From: Mobula hypostoma
Lineage: Eukaryota
DNA: 64,000 nt
Reading direction: 5' to 3'
Assembly: GCF_963921235.1 (NCBI RefSeq)
Contig: NC_086097.1
Coordinates: 244,034,001-244,098,000 of the forward strand
Numbering within the stretch: the first letter of the stretch is position 1; each line of letters opens with the position of its first letter. The translations under genes and the position numbers were made by a program. The notes under the pieces were generated by a model that saw only the letters and a program-made list of their open reading frames with translations, was not told the DNA's origin and ran no database searches. Shown here in pieces: positions 46,630-60,160 of this stretch.

Positions 46630-47970
46630 TGAAAGGCTTAGATAGAGTGGATGTGGAGATGATGTTTCCTATGGTGGGAGAGTCTAAGACCAGAGGACAC
46701 AGCCTCAGAATAGAGAAGCGTCCTTTTAGAACAGAGATGAGGAGGAATTTCTTTAGCCGGAAAGTGGTGAATCTGTGGAACTTGTTGCCACAGGCAGCTG
46801 TGGAGGCCAAGACTTTATGTATATTTAAGGCAGAGTTTGATAGATTCTTGATTGGTCAGGGCATGAAGGGATACAGGGGGAAGGCAGAGAGGGAAAATGG
46901 ATCAGCCATGGTGAAATGGCAGAGCAGACTCAATGTGTCAAATGGCCTAATTCTGTTCCTGTATCTTATGGTCTGATGGTCTTTCTGACTGATCATGTTC
47001 CACAGGGACCTCTGCTCTTTGTAATTTTTATTAATGGGGAAGTGGAAGAGTAGGTTAGTAAGTTTTGAGATGACACAAAGACATGAAGGCTAGTGGTGTT
47101 GTGGATAGTGTAGAAGATTATTGTCGGTTGCAATGGAATATTGTTAAGATGCAAAGCTTGGCTGAGGAGTTCAACCTGAAAAAGTGTGAAGTGATTCACT
47201 CAGGAAGGTCAAATTTAAAGCAGAATAGAGGGTTAATGGCAGTTTGCCGTTAAACATAACAGTTCAGAGGAACAGAGGGATCTTGGAGTTCACATCCATT
47301 GATCCCTCAAAGTTGCTGCACAAGTTGATAACTTTGTTAAGGATGATTATGGTGTATGGGCCTTCATTCACAGAGGTATGAGTGCAAGAGCCATGAGGTA
47401 ATATTGCAGCTCTGTCTAGCTCTGGTTAGATCACACATGGAGTATTCTGTTCAGTTCAGGTTGCCTCATTGTAGGAAGGATGTAGAAGCTTTAGACGGTG
47501 CAGAGGAAGTTTACCAGGTTGTCACTTGGATTATGAGGATGGTAGAGCAAGCTAGGCGCTTTTTTCTTTGGAGTGACCAAGAATGATAGGTGACAGGATA
47601 GAGATAACAAGACACATCTTCCCAGGGCAGAAATGGCTGATACAAGGGGGCATAAATTTAAGGTGATTGGAGGAGAGTATAGGGGGGATGTCAGATGTAG
47701 AGAGTGGTGAGTGTGTGGAACACCCCGACAGGAATGGAGGCAGAGGCAGATACATTAGGGGCATTTCATTCTTAGATGGGTACATGGATGATAAAAAAAA
47801 ATTGGAGGACTACGTGAGAGGAATGGGTTAGAGTGAACTTCAAGTAGGTCCACACAACATCGTGGACCAAAGGACCTGTTCTGGTGCTGTAATTTTCTGT
47901 ATTTATAGTAGGTCAACACAACATCATGGGCTGAAGGGCCTGTTTGAGCTGTAGTATTCTGCGTTCTGAA
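46630..47970 (+). mobile_element. two CR1 3' fragments
   Basis: ORFs 46629-46976 and 47356-47586; duplicated tail ~47843-47970. Confidence 0.8.
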
Positions 47971-48160
47971 GCTATCTTAAAATGAGAAAATAAGGTTCAC
48001 AGTTGTATAGAGTTTTGTGAAATCTGAAATGAACATTCATAACTAATTCACATTCCTAATCAATCATAACATGGTGTCTTTTTCTTAAAAGAGTAATATT
48101 TTTAATTTTCCTCTTGCCTTTGTCCAATGAGTGACAGTTGTTTTGTAATTTACTGCATAG

Positions 48161-48193
48161 AAACGAATGGGGCAGCAAAAGAAAAGAGGAAAG
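48161..48193 (+). CDS. candidate 33-nt exon
   Basis: ttactgcatag acceptor, AAG|gtaggc donor; phase-0 KRMGQQKKRGK. Confidence 0.3.
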
Positions 48194-48455
48194 GTAGGCT
48201 GATTCTCCGTGTAAATGGATAATTGACTTGAGATGATGGAATGAGTTAGTATCCACGTGAATGTGTCTTAGTGCTGCATTGAAGGTGTGTTGGCGTCTAT
48301 AATTTAGTCAGCACTGTTCAGCTGATAATAGAAGCATTGGCATGCATAGCAGCCTTGTGTTCTTCATGTTGCTGTGTGTGTGTTCTCATTCACCTTGGTT
48401 TATAAATACATTCTACTTTCTGTGTCTGTGCATTAATGAAAACCTACACATTCAG

Positions 48456-48566
48456 GTTTCAACTGAGGTGACCAGTAGATATCCTTTTGAAGATTGCAAT
48501 AAAGCATTTTCAGTAAAAGTCAGGGAAAGAATTTCAAAGACTAAAATGAGATCTTATAAATTCTAA
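48456..48566 (+). CDS. candidate terminal coding exon
   Basis: cattcag acceptor; phase-0 VSTEVTSRYPFEDCNKAFSVKVRERISKTKMRSYKF*; AT-rich downstream. Confidence 0.3.
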   Translation, partial: VSTEVTSRYPFEDCNKAFSVKVRERISKTKMRSYKF

Positions 48567-50099
48567 GCTTAAATTAAATATTATCCTGCCAGCTTTGTAT
48601 GTGTAGTTTTATATATTTATCATGACTGTGAGACAAGTAATATGTATAAAAGAATAATATTTGAAATTATTGGGTCTTATGGTCTTTAGCCAGTGTTCCA
48701 AGACAAACCATTGCTCCGAGCAGGAAATTTTTACATGCCCTGAAAACTGCGCAGCTCTTTAATAAAACATTATATAAAAGAAAATTCCAGCTGCGCGCCA
48801 ACAAAGGCTGTGTGCATGGAAGCATTTCAGTTATGGTGTGGCCATGCACCCGCACAGCTTAGAGTGAACAATGCTTGTATGCGTCCCAGTGTAATTTCCA
48901 GAAAGAAATTATTCTAAGTACACAATATTTATAGTGAAAAAAATGCAGACCGACACCCGGATGCAAGCTCTTCCAACAATTTGAAGATTAATCATCGGCT
49001 CCAATTACACTGCATTCATACACAGGGAGAAGGTGGAAGATTAGGGCTGAGAGGGAAAATGCATCTGTCATAATGAAATGGGAGAGGAGGCTCATTGGGC
49101 CAGATAGCCTAATTCTGCTCCTATATTTTATGGTGTTATATCATTTTTTGAGCAAATTTTGTGCAGAACTGCTGATCAAGGTTTAACTGTACTATTTACT
49201 GAGCTTTATATGTAAATTTAAGAGATTTTTATTGAATTGGCTGATAAAGGGGTAAGTCCCATGAACATCTAACATTCTTTAGAGCACAGTCTTTCCAAAG
49301 TTCAAGGTATATTTATTATCACCCTATGTATACTACGAGATTTGCCTTCTTACGGACAGCCGCAAAACAATAGATTCCATTAAAAAAGACCATCAGACAG
49401 ACAACATGCTAAAAAAAAAACAAATCATGCAAACAATAAAAGTAAGCAAATAACATTCAGAGCTAAAGTTCATGGAAGTGAGTTCACAGCCATGAAGTCA
49501 GTCATCAATATAGCCGGTCCAGGAGCCCATTAGTTGCAGGTCACATCCTCACAGTTCAACACAGGGATGAGACTTTCCGATGTTCATCTCAGTAATTAGG
49601 GGACCGAGGATCCTGCTAATGAGTGGAAGGTGGCCCTTATTTAAATGTCATACCTAGAGTGGATTGCCACATGAAGATAAAGTCCAGGTCAGAGTCACTT
49701 AGGAAGTGACGGAATGCTCTGACAGCTTATTGAGATATACTGTACAGCTTGCAATAGGTCCTTCTGGCCCTTTGAGCCACACCACCCAACAAACCTTGAC
49801 AACCCCACTGTAAACCTAACCTATTCATAGGACAATTTACAATGAACAATTAACCCTCTCGGTACGTCTCTGGACAGTGGGAGCACCTGGAAAAAACTCA
49901 CATATTCCATCGGGAGGATGTACAGAGTCTCCTTGCAGAGGACTCTGGGAGTGAACTCCGAACTCTGACGTCCCGAGCTGTAATAGTGTCGTGCTAACCA
50001 CTATGTTACCATGGCACCCATGATGTATCAATCGAGATTTATTTCCCTTGTATTTATATTCTCCAAGTTTGTTGATGATCGAAGGAACAACTTATATAA

Positions 50100-51515
50100 C
50101 CATAAAACAATTACAGCACGGAAACAGGCCATCTCTGCCCTACTAGTCCGTGCCGAACTTCTACTCTCACCTAGTCCCACCGACCTGCGCTCAGCCCATA
50201 ACCCTCCATTCCTTTCCTGTCCATATATCTATCCAATTTAACTTTAAATGACAACATCGAACCTGCCTCAACCACTTCTGCTGGAAGCTCGTTCCACACA
50301 GCTACCACTCTCTGAGTCAAGAAGTTCCCCCTCATGTTACCCCTAAACTTTTGCCCTTTAATTCTCAACTCATGTCCTCTTGTTTGAATCTCCCCCACTC
50401 TCAATGGAAAAAGCCTATCCACGTCAACTCTATATATCCCCCTCATAATTTTAAACACCTCTGTCAAGTCCCCCCTCAACCTTCTACGGTCCGAAGAATA
50501 AAGACCTAACTGGTTCAACCTTTCTCTGTAGCTTAGGAGATGAAACCCAAGTAACATTCTAGTAAATCTCCTCTGTACTCTCTCAATTTTATTGACATCT
50601 TTCCTATAATTCGGTGACCATAACTGTACACAATACTCCAAATTTGGCCTTACCAATGCCTTATACAATTTCAACATTACATCCCAACTCCTATACTCAA
50701 TGCTCTGATTTATAAAGGCCAGCATACCAAAAGCTTTCTTCACCACCCTATCCACATGAGATACCACCTTCAGGGAACTATGCACCATTTTTCCTAGATC
50801 CCTCTGTTCTACCGCATTCTTCAATCCCCTACCATTTACCATGTATGTCCTATTTTGATTAGTCCTACCAAAGTGTAGCACCTCTTATTTATCAGCATTA
50901 AACTGCATCTGTCATCTTTCAGCCCACTCTTCTAAGTGGTCTAAATCTCTCTGCAAGCTTTGAAAACCTACTTCATTATCCACAACTCCACCTATTTTAG
51001 TATTATCTGCATACTTACTAATCCAATTTACCACTCCATCATCCAGATCATTAATATATATGACAAATAACACTGGGCCCAGTACAGATCCCCGAGGCAC
51101 ACCACTAGACACCGTCCTCCAATCTGATACACAGTTATCCACCACTACTCTCTGGCATCTCCCCTCCAGCCACTGCTGAATCCATTTTACTACTTCGATA
51201 TTAATACCTAACGATTGAACCTTCCTAACTAACCTTCCGTGTGGAACCTTGTCAAAGGCCTTACTGAAGTCCATATAGACAACATCCACTGCTTTACCCT
51301 CGTCAATTTTCCTAGTAACCTCATCAAAAAATTCAATAAGATTTGTCAAACATGACCTTCCATGCACAAACCCATGTTGACTGTTCCTAATCAGACCCTG
51401 TCTATCCACATAATTATATATACCATCTCTAAGAATACTTTCCATCAATTTACCCACCACTGACGTCAAACTCACAGGCCAATAATTGCTAGGTTTAGTC
51501 TTAAAACCCTTTGTA
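50100..51515 (-). mobile_element. CR1 RT + 3'UTR
   Basis: ORFs 50912-51475 and 50171-50881. Confidence 0.95.
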
Positions 51516-52730
51516 CTAACTTAAGCCCATCAGCCCAGTTGGGCATTGGCTGCCAACAGCAGCTCACCAGAGTCCTCTGTCCTGAGCTGGCCTTTCAAAT
51601 TGTAGCCCATCTTTGAAAATCCTTTCTCTCCCAGGGATGAGGGTATTAGAGCTACTGCTGCTGTTTCTGTAGCTCTGGATTTTTACAGGATGGGTTTGCT
51701 AGCCCTATGGCCAACACTCCTCCTTTCACAGCAGGGCTTGGGCTATCCATGGTGGAGTTGGAAAGAACTGCAGACTGTATTACTTAAACTGCCCAGATCA
51801 TATTCAGTTATCTTGTGTAGAACCACGTACATACAAGAATTGCCCACAGTATCATGAAATACTGAACCCTTCTATAAAGTAATAAATTTGTAGACATTTG
51901 TAAGGGTGATCATGGTCTTTCCATGACCATGATTGTTCTTGGCAGATTTTCCAACGGAAGAGGTTTATCATTGCCTTCTCCTGTGCAGTGTCTTTACAAG
52001 ACAAGTGACCCCAGCCATTGTCAATACTTTTCAGAGATTTTCTGCCTGGCATCAGTGGTCACATAACCAGGACTTGTGTTATGCACCATCTGCTCATACG
52101 ACCATCTACCACCTGCTCCCAGGGCATCACGTGACCCTGATCAGGGGGCAGAACTATACCTTGCCCAAGGGTGACCTCCAGGCTACCGGAGGGAAGGAGC
52201 ACTTACACCTCCTTTGGTAGAGACATATCTCTATCCTGCCTCCCTTTCCTTCATCCACATATCAATAAAAATTGACCCAGTTATGTGTGACAGCTCCTAG
52301 TTTTCAGGTGAGCACAAAGCAACATCTATTGTGCAAACTTTAATGGATATTACAATCGTTCTCAAGCATTCCATTGCTACACAGGGGCAATTGATTAATA
52401 ATCTGTCTACAGATTAATAACCAGATTCACACGACATGGCACATACTGAACTGATGGACGAAGGAAGTTATATTCTATAGATTGCTGCTGTTGTCTGCTC
52501 CATTTTAAAATTCCCAGTAATATATGCAACCCACTGCCATTCAATATCACACCAAAAATTGTGTGTTTTCTAACTTATACCAAGTACTCATTAATGTTCT
52601 TCAGCACAATAACTGCAGCCTCTCTCCCATTCCTCTCGGAGAGTCCTGTGGCTGAGAATGTTAATTACATTTTTTCAGCTATTTGCCATATTAGATTTTA
52701 TTTTGTTTTTCGAGTAATAAGCAGTGGCCA

Positions 52731-52870
52731 TTATATCTGGGCTGTTGAATGTTCCTTCAGAAATTCAGCTAGGCTCTTCCAGCTGTTATCCGCCCTGCAT
52801 CCTGATAGGATGTACTGCATCGGGGAAACGTTGGACGATGTCACTCTTGTGCTGCAATCTTTTTCCAGCA
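52731..52870 (-). CDS. candidate terminal exon of a 60-aa protein
   Basis: attcccctccag acceptor; LEKDCSTRVTSSNVSPMQYILSGCRADNSWKSLAEFLKEHSTAQI*; AATAAA at 52697-52702 (minus). Confidence 0.3.
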
Positions 52871-53009
52871 CTGGAGGGGAATATAGACCACATTGTTCTG
52901 AAAGCAATCATTGGACCCACCCAGGGATTCTAGGTCTCCACAATGCAATGCTGGATTACGAGGCCCCCTTGTCAGATAAGTCCCATATTTACCCTACATC
53001 CATAAGTCC

Positions 53010-54480
53010 ATAAGACCATAAGACAAAGGAGCAGAAGTCGGCCATTCGGCCCCTCGAGTCTGCTCTGCCATTTTATCATGAGCTGATCCATTCTCCCATT
53101 TAGTCCCACTCCCCCACCTTCTCACCATAACCTTTGATGCCCTGGCTACTCAGATACCTATCAATCTCTGCCTTAAATACACCCAATGACTTGGCCTCCA
53201 CTGCCACCTGTGGCAACAAATTCCATAGATTCACCACCCTCTGGTTAAAAAAAATTCTTCACATCTCTGTTCTGAATGGGCGCCCTTCAATCCTTAAGTT
53301 ATGCCCTCTCGTACTAGACTCCCCCATCATGGGAAACAACTTTGCCACATCCACTCTGTCCATGCCTTTCAACATTCGAAATGTTTCTATGAGGTCCCCC
53401 CTCATTCTTCTAAACTCCAAGGAATACAGTCCAAAAGCGGACAAATATTCCTCATATGTTAACCCTCTCATTCCCGGAATCATTCTAGTGAATCTTCTCT
53501 GTACCCTCTCCAACGTCAGCACATCCTTTCTTAAATAAGGAGACCAAAACATCCCATGGTACTCCAAGTGAGGTCTTGCCAGCGCCTTATAGAGCCTCAA
53601 CATCACATCCCTGCTCCTATACTCTATTCCGCTAGAAATGAATGCCAACGTTGCATTCGCCTTCTTCACTACTGACTCAACCTGGAGGTTAACCTTAAGG
53701 GTATCCTGCACAAGGACTCCCAAGTCCCGTTGCATCTCAGAACTTTGAATTCTCTCCCCATTTAAATAATAGTCTGCCCGTTTATTTCTTCTGCCAAAGT
53801 GCATAACCATGCACTTTCCAGTATTGTATTTCATTTGCCACTTCTTTGCCCATTCTTCCAATCTATCCAAGTCTCTCTGCAGACTCTCTGTTTCCTCAGC
53901 ACTACCAGCCCCTCCATCTATCTTTGTATCATCAGCAATCTTAGCCACAAAGCCATCTACTCCATAATCCAAATCGTTGATGTACAACGTAAAAAGAAAC
54001 GACCCCAACACGGACCCCTGTGGAACACCACTGGTAACCGGCAGCCAACCAGAATAGGATCCCTTTATTTCCACTCTCTGCTCTCTGCCAATCAGCCAAC
54101 GCCCTATCCACGTATGTAACTTTCCCGTAATTCCATGGGCTCTTAATTTGTTTAGCAGACTCATGTGCGGCACCTTGTCAAAGGCCTTCTGAAAATCCAA
54201 ATGTACAATATCCACTGCATCTCCCTTGTCTAGCCTACTTGTAATTTCCTCAAAAAATTGCAATAGGTTTGTCAGGCAGGATTTTCCTTTAAGGAAACTA
54301 TGCTGAGTTCTGCCTATCTTGTCATATGCCTCCAGGTACTCGGTAACCTCATCCTTGACAATCGACTCCCAACAACTTCCCAACCACCAATGTCAAGCCA
54401 ACAGGTCTATAATTTCCTTTTTGCTTCCTTGCCCCTTCCTAAATAGCGGAGTGACATTTGCAATCTTCCAGTCCTTCTGC
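53010..54480 (-). mobile_element. CR1 RT + 3'UTR
   Basis: 374-aa ORF 53259-54383 with RT motifs (GVPQGSVLG, IADD). Confidence 0.95.
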
Positions 54481-54652
54481 AACCCCATTCTGCCCTCTCT
54501 CTTCCTCCCCTAATTCCACTGTTGAGGTTCATGAATCAGTACTAAGTAGACAACCATCTTATTGCAAATATTCCTAGTTCTGATCCTAATCTCAGAGACC
54601 ACACCGAATCCCAGTTATCTAACCATGTCAAAACCCTGTCTTAATTACTTAC

Positions 54653-54712
54653 ACAGTTGACCATTACGTTGTCCAATCCTGTCCACTAATGCCATATCTC
54701 ATTACCTTCGCC
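54653..54712 (-). CDS. candidate exon, ATG at 54695
   Basis: ttctgcag acceptor, TGT|gtaagt donor; gatATGg; MALVDRIGQRNGQL; phase 1 joins 52870. Confidence 0.3.
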
Positions 54713-55931
54713 CTGCAGAATTTATGGATACAGCCCAGTTCATCACAAGCAGATCCCTCCCCACCACTGAGAATATTTACAAGGAGAGTTGCCTCAAGAA
54801 AGCAACATCCATTATCAAAGAACCCGCCATCCAGGCCGTGCTTTCTACCATCAGGAAGGAGGCAGAGGAGCCTTAGGTCCCACACCACCTGGTTTAGGAA
54901 CAGATATTACCCCTCAACCATCAGGCTCCTGAAACAGGATGGATAACTTCACTCACCTCAACACTGAACTATTCCAAAAGCTATGGATTCATTTTCAAGT
55001 ACTCTACAACCCGTTCTCAGTATTTTTTATTTGCAGTTTGTCGTCTTTTGTTATTCATATATAGTTTTTTCATAAATTCTATTATATTCCTTTATTTCCT
55101 TGTAAATGCCTGCAGGAAATTTAATCTCAAAGTAGTAAAAACAATAAATCTACTTTGACTTTGACTTGAGAGGCCAGATCCTCATCGGCAGCACAATGCC
55201 TGACCAATACCCAATGTGCATAAGACCATAAGATGTAGGAGCCATTTCATCATATCCTATCCATTTCCCTCTCAACCCCAATCTCCTTCCTTCTCCCCGT
55301 AACATTTAATTCCCTGATTTATCAGGAATCTATCAACCTCCGCCTTAAATTCACCCAATGACCTGGCCACTACAATTCACCTCCCTCTGGCTATAGAAAT
55401 TCCTCCTCATCTCTGTTCTCAGTGGATATCCCTCTATTATGAGGTTGTGCTCTCTGGTCTGACACTCCCCCACTACAGGAAACATCCTCTCCACCACCAC
55501 TCTACCCAGACCTTTCAGCATTCAATGAGATTCCCCCCCACTTTCTTCTGAATTCCAGCGAGTTATGGCCCAGAGCCATGAAATGATAAGCCTTTCATTT
55601 CCAGAATTATTTTTGAAAACCACCTCTGGACCCTCTCCAATGTCAGCACATTCTGAGGCCCAAAACTGTTCATAAGTCTCGAAGTGTGACATTGATCAAT
55701 GAGTCAAATAATCACCAGCTCTGCATTCTACATCTCCATCACCCCCCCCCACCCCAAGGCAACTGAATGAGAGTTCCCCAGGGTCATGTCAGCAGCCTGC
55801 AGCGTTAGGACACTTGCTTACCAGACCATGAATCAGCACACGGAACTGTGGCCATTACAGAGACACATGGATGTTCGATGTTCCGCACTCTGATGTTTCA
55901 GAAAAGATCGCGATGGGGGTGGAGTGCATTC

Positions 55932-56428
55932 TACTGATTGACTGATTGATTGGTTGACCATCGTGTTGGACAATGACAGTAGAAACCTGTGCAGGAGAGA
56001 TTTTAAAGTGGAAAAGCCATTGCACTGGGGCAGTTCTTTTCTCTCGACCTTGGAAGTCTGAGTCCAGTGGTATGAGTAGTCATCACAACTGGGCTCTTCC
56101 TTGGTTGCAGTAAATGGCCATGACGTCTTCTGTGTCTTGTCGTGCCCTTTGCTCTCCATGGAGCATAGCAGATCTCACTGTTGATCTCATTCGCCCAATC
56201 CACCAGAAATGAGTTCACATGTCACGACAGACATATCCTTATCTCATTGGAGTATGAGGCACACTGGCTACCCACAGCTGGTTTAGCCCAGCTGTTGAAG
56301 CGGTGTACCGGCGTGTGGCCGCTGTCGAATGCAAAGAGCTTCTTGGAGCCAAAGGGGAGTGAGCTACCCTGGAATGGACATGACAAGCCCTTTCACCAGA
56401 GGTGCTGCCCCTTCCAGTACACCCCCTA
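55932..56428 (-). mobile_element. diverged relative of the 7872-8433 element with a broken ribozyme
   Basis: Shared blocks GACGTCTTCTGTGTCTTGTC, CTGGTTTAGCC, GTGTGGCCGCTGTCG, CACCAGAGGTGCT, ACACCCC; (AATC)n tail. Confidence 0.8.
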
Positions 56429-57054
56429 CTCCTCATGTTTCACGACTAGTAAGGGACAATGTCGCAGCCACATTCAGAAGCAACAGACTGAAGGTTCATC
56501 CACTGAGCCTGTATGTGAAGAGCTCAAAAAAGCGTAAGAAAGATAAAATCACACTGACGGGATTGAACTACAGACCCACCAAGACATTGAGAACAGATAT
56601 GCAAGCAGATTTTCAAAAGTGAATCAGGTTTAATATCATTGGCATACGTGGTGAAATTTCTTGTTTTACAGCAGTATATTGCAATACATAATAATAAACT
56701 AACTATAAATTGCAATAAGAAATATATATTAATTAAATAAGTAGTGCAGAAAGGGAGTATAAAAATATTGAGGTAGTGTCCATGGGTTAATTATCCATTC
56801 TGAAATCTGACAGGTGGCACGTAAACGTAGCGGTGAGTACAATTACTTTAAAGTATCAGCAGTCGTCAATTGGGGTTCAATTCCTGCTGCTGCCCGTACG
56901 ATATTTCAGATACTGATTTCCTACCAAATTCCAAAGACATACAATTAAGGTTAATAAATTGTGGGCATGCTATGTTGGCACTGGAAGCGTGGTGACATTT
57001 GCAGGCTACCCCCAGTACAGCCTCTCTGATTTGATATGACACAAAGTATTTCAT

Positions 57055-58352
57055 AACATAAGAACATAAGAAATAGGAGCAGGAGCCGGCCATCCGGCCC
57101 ATTGAGCCTGCCCTATCATCCAATAAGATCATGGCAGATCTGTCTGTAAACTCAGCTCCATCTACCAGCCTTTCCCCCATAACCCTTAATTCCCTTACTA
57201 TGTAAAAACCTATCTAACTGTTTCTTGAATATATTTAGTGAAGAAGCTTCAACTGCTTCCCTAGGCAGAGTATTCCACAGATTCACCACTCTCTGAGAAA
57301 AACAGTTTCTCTTCATCTCCATCCTAAATCTTCTCCCCTGAATCTTGAGGCAATGTTCCCTAGTTCTAGTCTCACCTACCAATGGAAACAACTTTCCGAC
57401 TTCTATCTTATCTATCCCTTTCAAAATTTTGTATGTTTCTATAAGATCCCCTTTTATTCTTCTGAATTCCAGAGAGTATAGTCCCAGGTGACTCAATCTC
57501 TCCTCATAGGTTAACCCCTTCATCCCTGGAATCAACCTGGTAAACCTCCTTTGTACTGCCTCCAAAGCCAGTGTATCCTTCCTCAAGTATGGGGACCAGA
57601 AATGCACACAGTACTCCAGGTGCGGCCTCATCAGTACCCTGTATAGTTGCAGCATGGCCTCCCTACTCTTGAATTCAATCCCTCTAGCAATGAAGGCCAA
57701 CATTCCATTTTCCTTCTTAGTAACCTGTTGTACCTGCAAGCCAACTTTTTGCGATGCATGAACAAGCACTCCCAAGTCCCTCTGCATAACAGCATGCTGC
57801 AATCTTTCACCATTTAAATAATAATCTGCTCTTCTATTATTCCTTCCAATCATTTATCTCTCATTTACCAACATTGTATTCCATCTGCCAGACCTTGGCC
57901 CACTCACTTAACCTATCTATATCCCTCTGCAGACTCTCCACATCCTCTGTACAATTTGCTTTTCCACTCAGTTTAGTGTCATCAACAAATTTTGCTACGC
58001 TACACTCAGTCTCCTCTTCCAAATCATCAATGTAAATGGTAAACAGCTGCGGGCCCAGCACCGACCCCTGCGGCACCCCACTCACCACTGACTGCCAACT
58101 AGAGAAACACCCATTTATACCAACTCTCTGCCTTCTATCAGTTAACCAATCCACTATCCATGCCAATACACTTCCTCCAACTCCATACATCCGTATCTTA
58201 TTTATAAGTCTCTTGTGCGGCACCTTATCGAACGCCTTCTGGAAATCCAAGTATATACCATCCACCCGTTTCCCTCTACCCACTGCACCCATTATGTCCT
58301 AAAGAACTCTAGTAAGTTTGTCAAACAGGACCTGCCATTTCTGAATCCATGC
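57055..58352 (-). mobile_element. CR1 RT + 3'UTR
   Basis: ORFs 57861-58292 and 57152-57853. Confidence 0.95.
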
Positions 58353-58389
58353 TGTAAGTTTGAATGTTTCAATGTGCACGTGACAAATA

Positions 58390-58933
58390 CAGTGTTGTGC
58401 AAAAGTCTTTGGCGTATATACTTAGCCAGAATGCCTAAGACTTTTGCACAGTATTGTATTTGCCAATGTGGAGAAAAGAGCAAGTTTGTAAATCTGGCGG
58501 GAGCAAAGGATGTTGGGAATGGCAAGGGTGGAGTGCCAGGAGGGGTGTGTGGCAGGTGGCAGAGAAGAACTGCCAGGTGCGGGGTGGTACGGGTGCAGAC
58601 ACACTCAGACCTGAGACACCAGGCAAGGGCATTTGATTCCAAATAATTGGTTCAGTGATCATTACAAAATTTCTCTCTGTTGCTTCCCACCCCCTCCCCT
58701 ATCCCTTTCCTTTTTCCCAACCATGATTCCCATCTCTCTGCCCCCTTCCCACTCTCAGTCCACAATAGAGACCTATTTCAGAATCAGGTTTATCATCACT
58801 CACATACGTCAAGAAATTTGTTTCTTTTTTTCTGGCAGCAGTACAGTGGAATACATAAAATTACTGCAGTACTGTGCAAAAGTCTTAGGCACTCTCACTA
58901 TATATTTGTGCATAAGACTTTTGCACGATACTG
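58390..58933. mobile_element. composite Tc1/mariner-like non-autonomous element (inverted decayed copy ~37827-38270)
   Basis: TA-flanked; palindromic CAGT(A/G)(C/T)TGTGCAAAAGTCTT units at 58390-58456 and 58867-58933. Confidence 0.75.
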
Positions 58934-59039
58934 TAAAGCTAATCTATTCTCTTTAGTGACAGGTATAAAAACGTTGGGGTTGTTGCCGTGTATGACTTCA
59001 ACTTCCCCAGTATAGACTGGAACTACCTTTGTGCAAGAG

Positions 59040-60160
59040 AGTAGAATTTATTAGTTGCATCCAAGAGAGATGTTTAAAACAGAATGTGGATGGTTCGACA
59101 AGAGGAGGGGCTGACTTGGGGCTGGTGTTGGGTTATTAGCCTGGCCAGTTGCCTGATCTTTCAGTGGATGAGCAGATAGGGAACAGTGACCTCAGCTGCT
59201 GAAAACTTAAGACAGTTATGTTGTTAAGGATATGCATGTACTTTGTTGAAAAGTATTAAACAGGGGAAGGGCACAATGAAACACACACAAAACGCTGGAG
59301 GAAATCAGCAGGTCAGGCAGCATCTATGGAGAAGAATTAAAAAGTCAATGTTTTAGGCCAAGACCCTTCATCAAACCTCTTCATCAGAACAGAGAGAGTA
59401 ATGGGCTGGAACTAGTGAGAATTAATTGGCTGATTTTAGACAGATCTACATCTGACATGTGGAGGGTGTTTAAAGACCAGATGCACAGAGTACAGGACAG
59501 AAGGAAGGACAGGATGGCAAAGAAAGAGAACCTTGGATGTTGAGAGAAGTGGTGAATTTAGTCAAGAATTCAAAGGAAGCATAGGTAAGTTTAAGAAGCT
59601 AATATCAAATTGAGGATTATAAAGAAGCCAGAAAAGAACTTGACGGGGGAGTTAGGAGAGTCAGGTGGGGCCATAAAAAGTCCCTAGCAGGTAGGATTAA
59701 AGAGAATCCCAAGGTATGCTAAACATACTGAACACCAAGAGCAAGAGGATAACTCGGAAGCGGGTAGGACCACAAAAGGATAAGGAGGGATATGTGCTTG
59801 GAAGTGGAGGATGTAGATGATGTCCTAAACAAGTACTTTGTGTCAGTATTCACCAAGTAAAAGGACGTGGAGGGTACTGAGATCAGTGTATTAATATTCT
59901 GAGATAAAGAAATAGGTGGTAGTGGCTTTCTTGAAGAACACTAATTAGATAATTCCCTCGGGCCTGATGGGATATAGACTGGGTTATTGAGAGAGGGAAG
60001 TGATGAGATTGCTGAGGTCTTGTCCATGATCTTCATGTCCTCCCTCACAGGCAAAGTCCCGGAGCACTAACAAAGAGCTAATGTTCTGTTATTCAAGAAA
60101 AAAAATGGGGATAATCCTGGAAATGATACACTGGTGAGTCTCATACTTGTGGTAGGGAAG
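59040..60160 (+). mobile_element. old CR1 endonuclease/linker remnant with Penelope-repeat insertion
   Basis: Degenerate IKENPK, YFVSVFT and GPDG coding. Confidence 0.7.

Noticed and set aside
48761..48766. AATAAA as poly(A) signal of the 106-aa model
   Set aside because: Lies inside a probable MITE remnant (~48691-48872), so it is not independent support
52561..53013. 150-aa plus-strand ORF
   Set aside because: Non-ATG start and no convincing splice sites or motifs; the minus-strand exon model fits better
53259..54383. Active retrotransposon
   Set aside because: Long RT ORF, but 5'-truncated and frameshifted at both ends; no intact autonomous element is visible in the window
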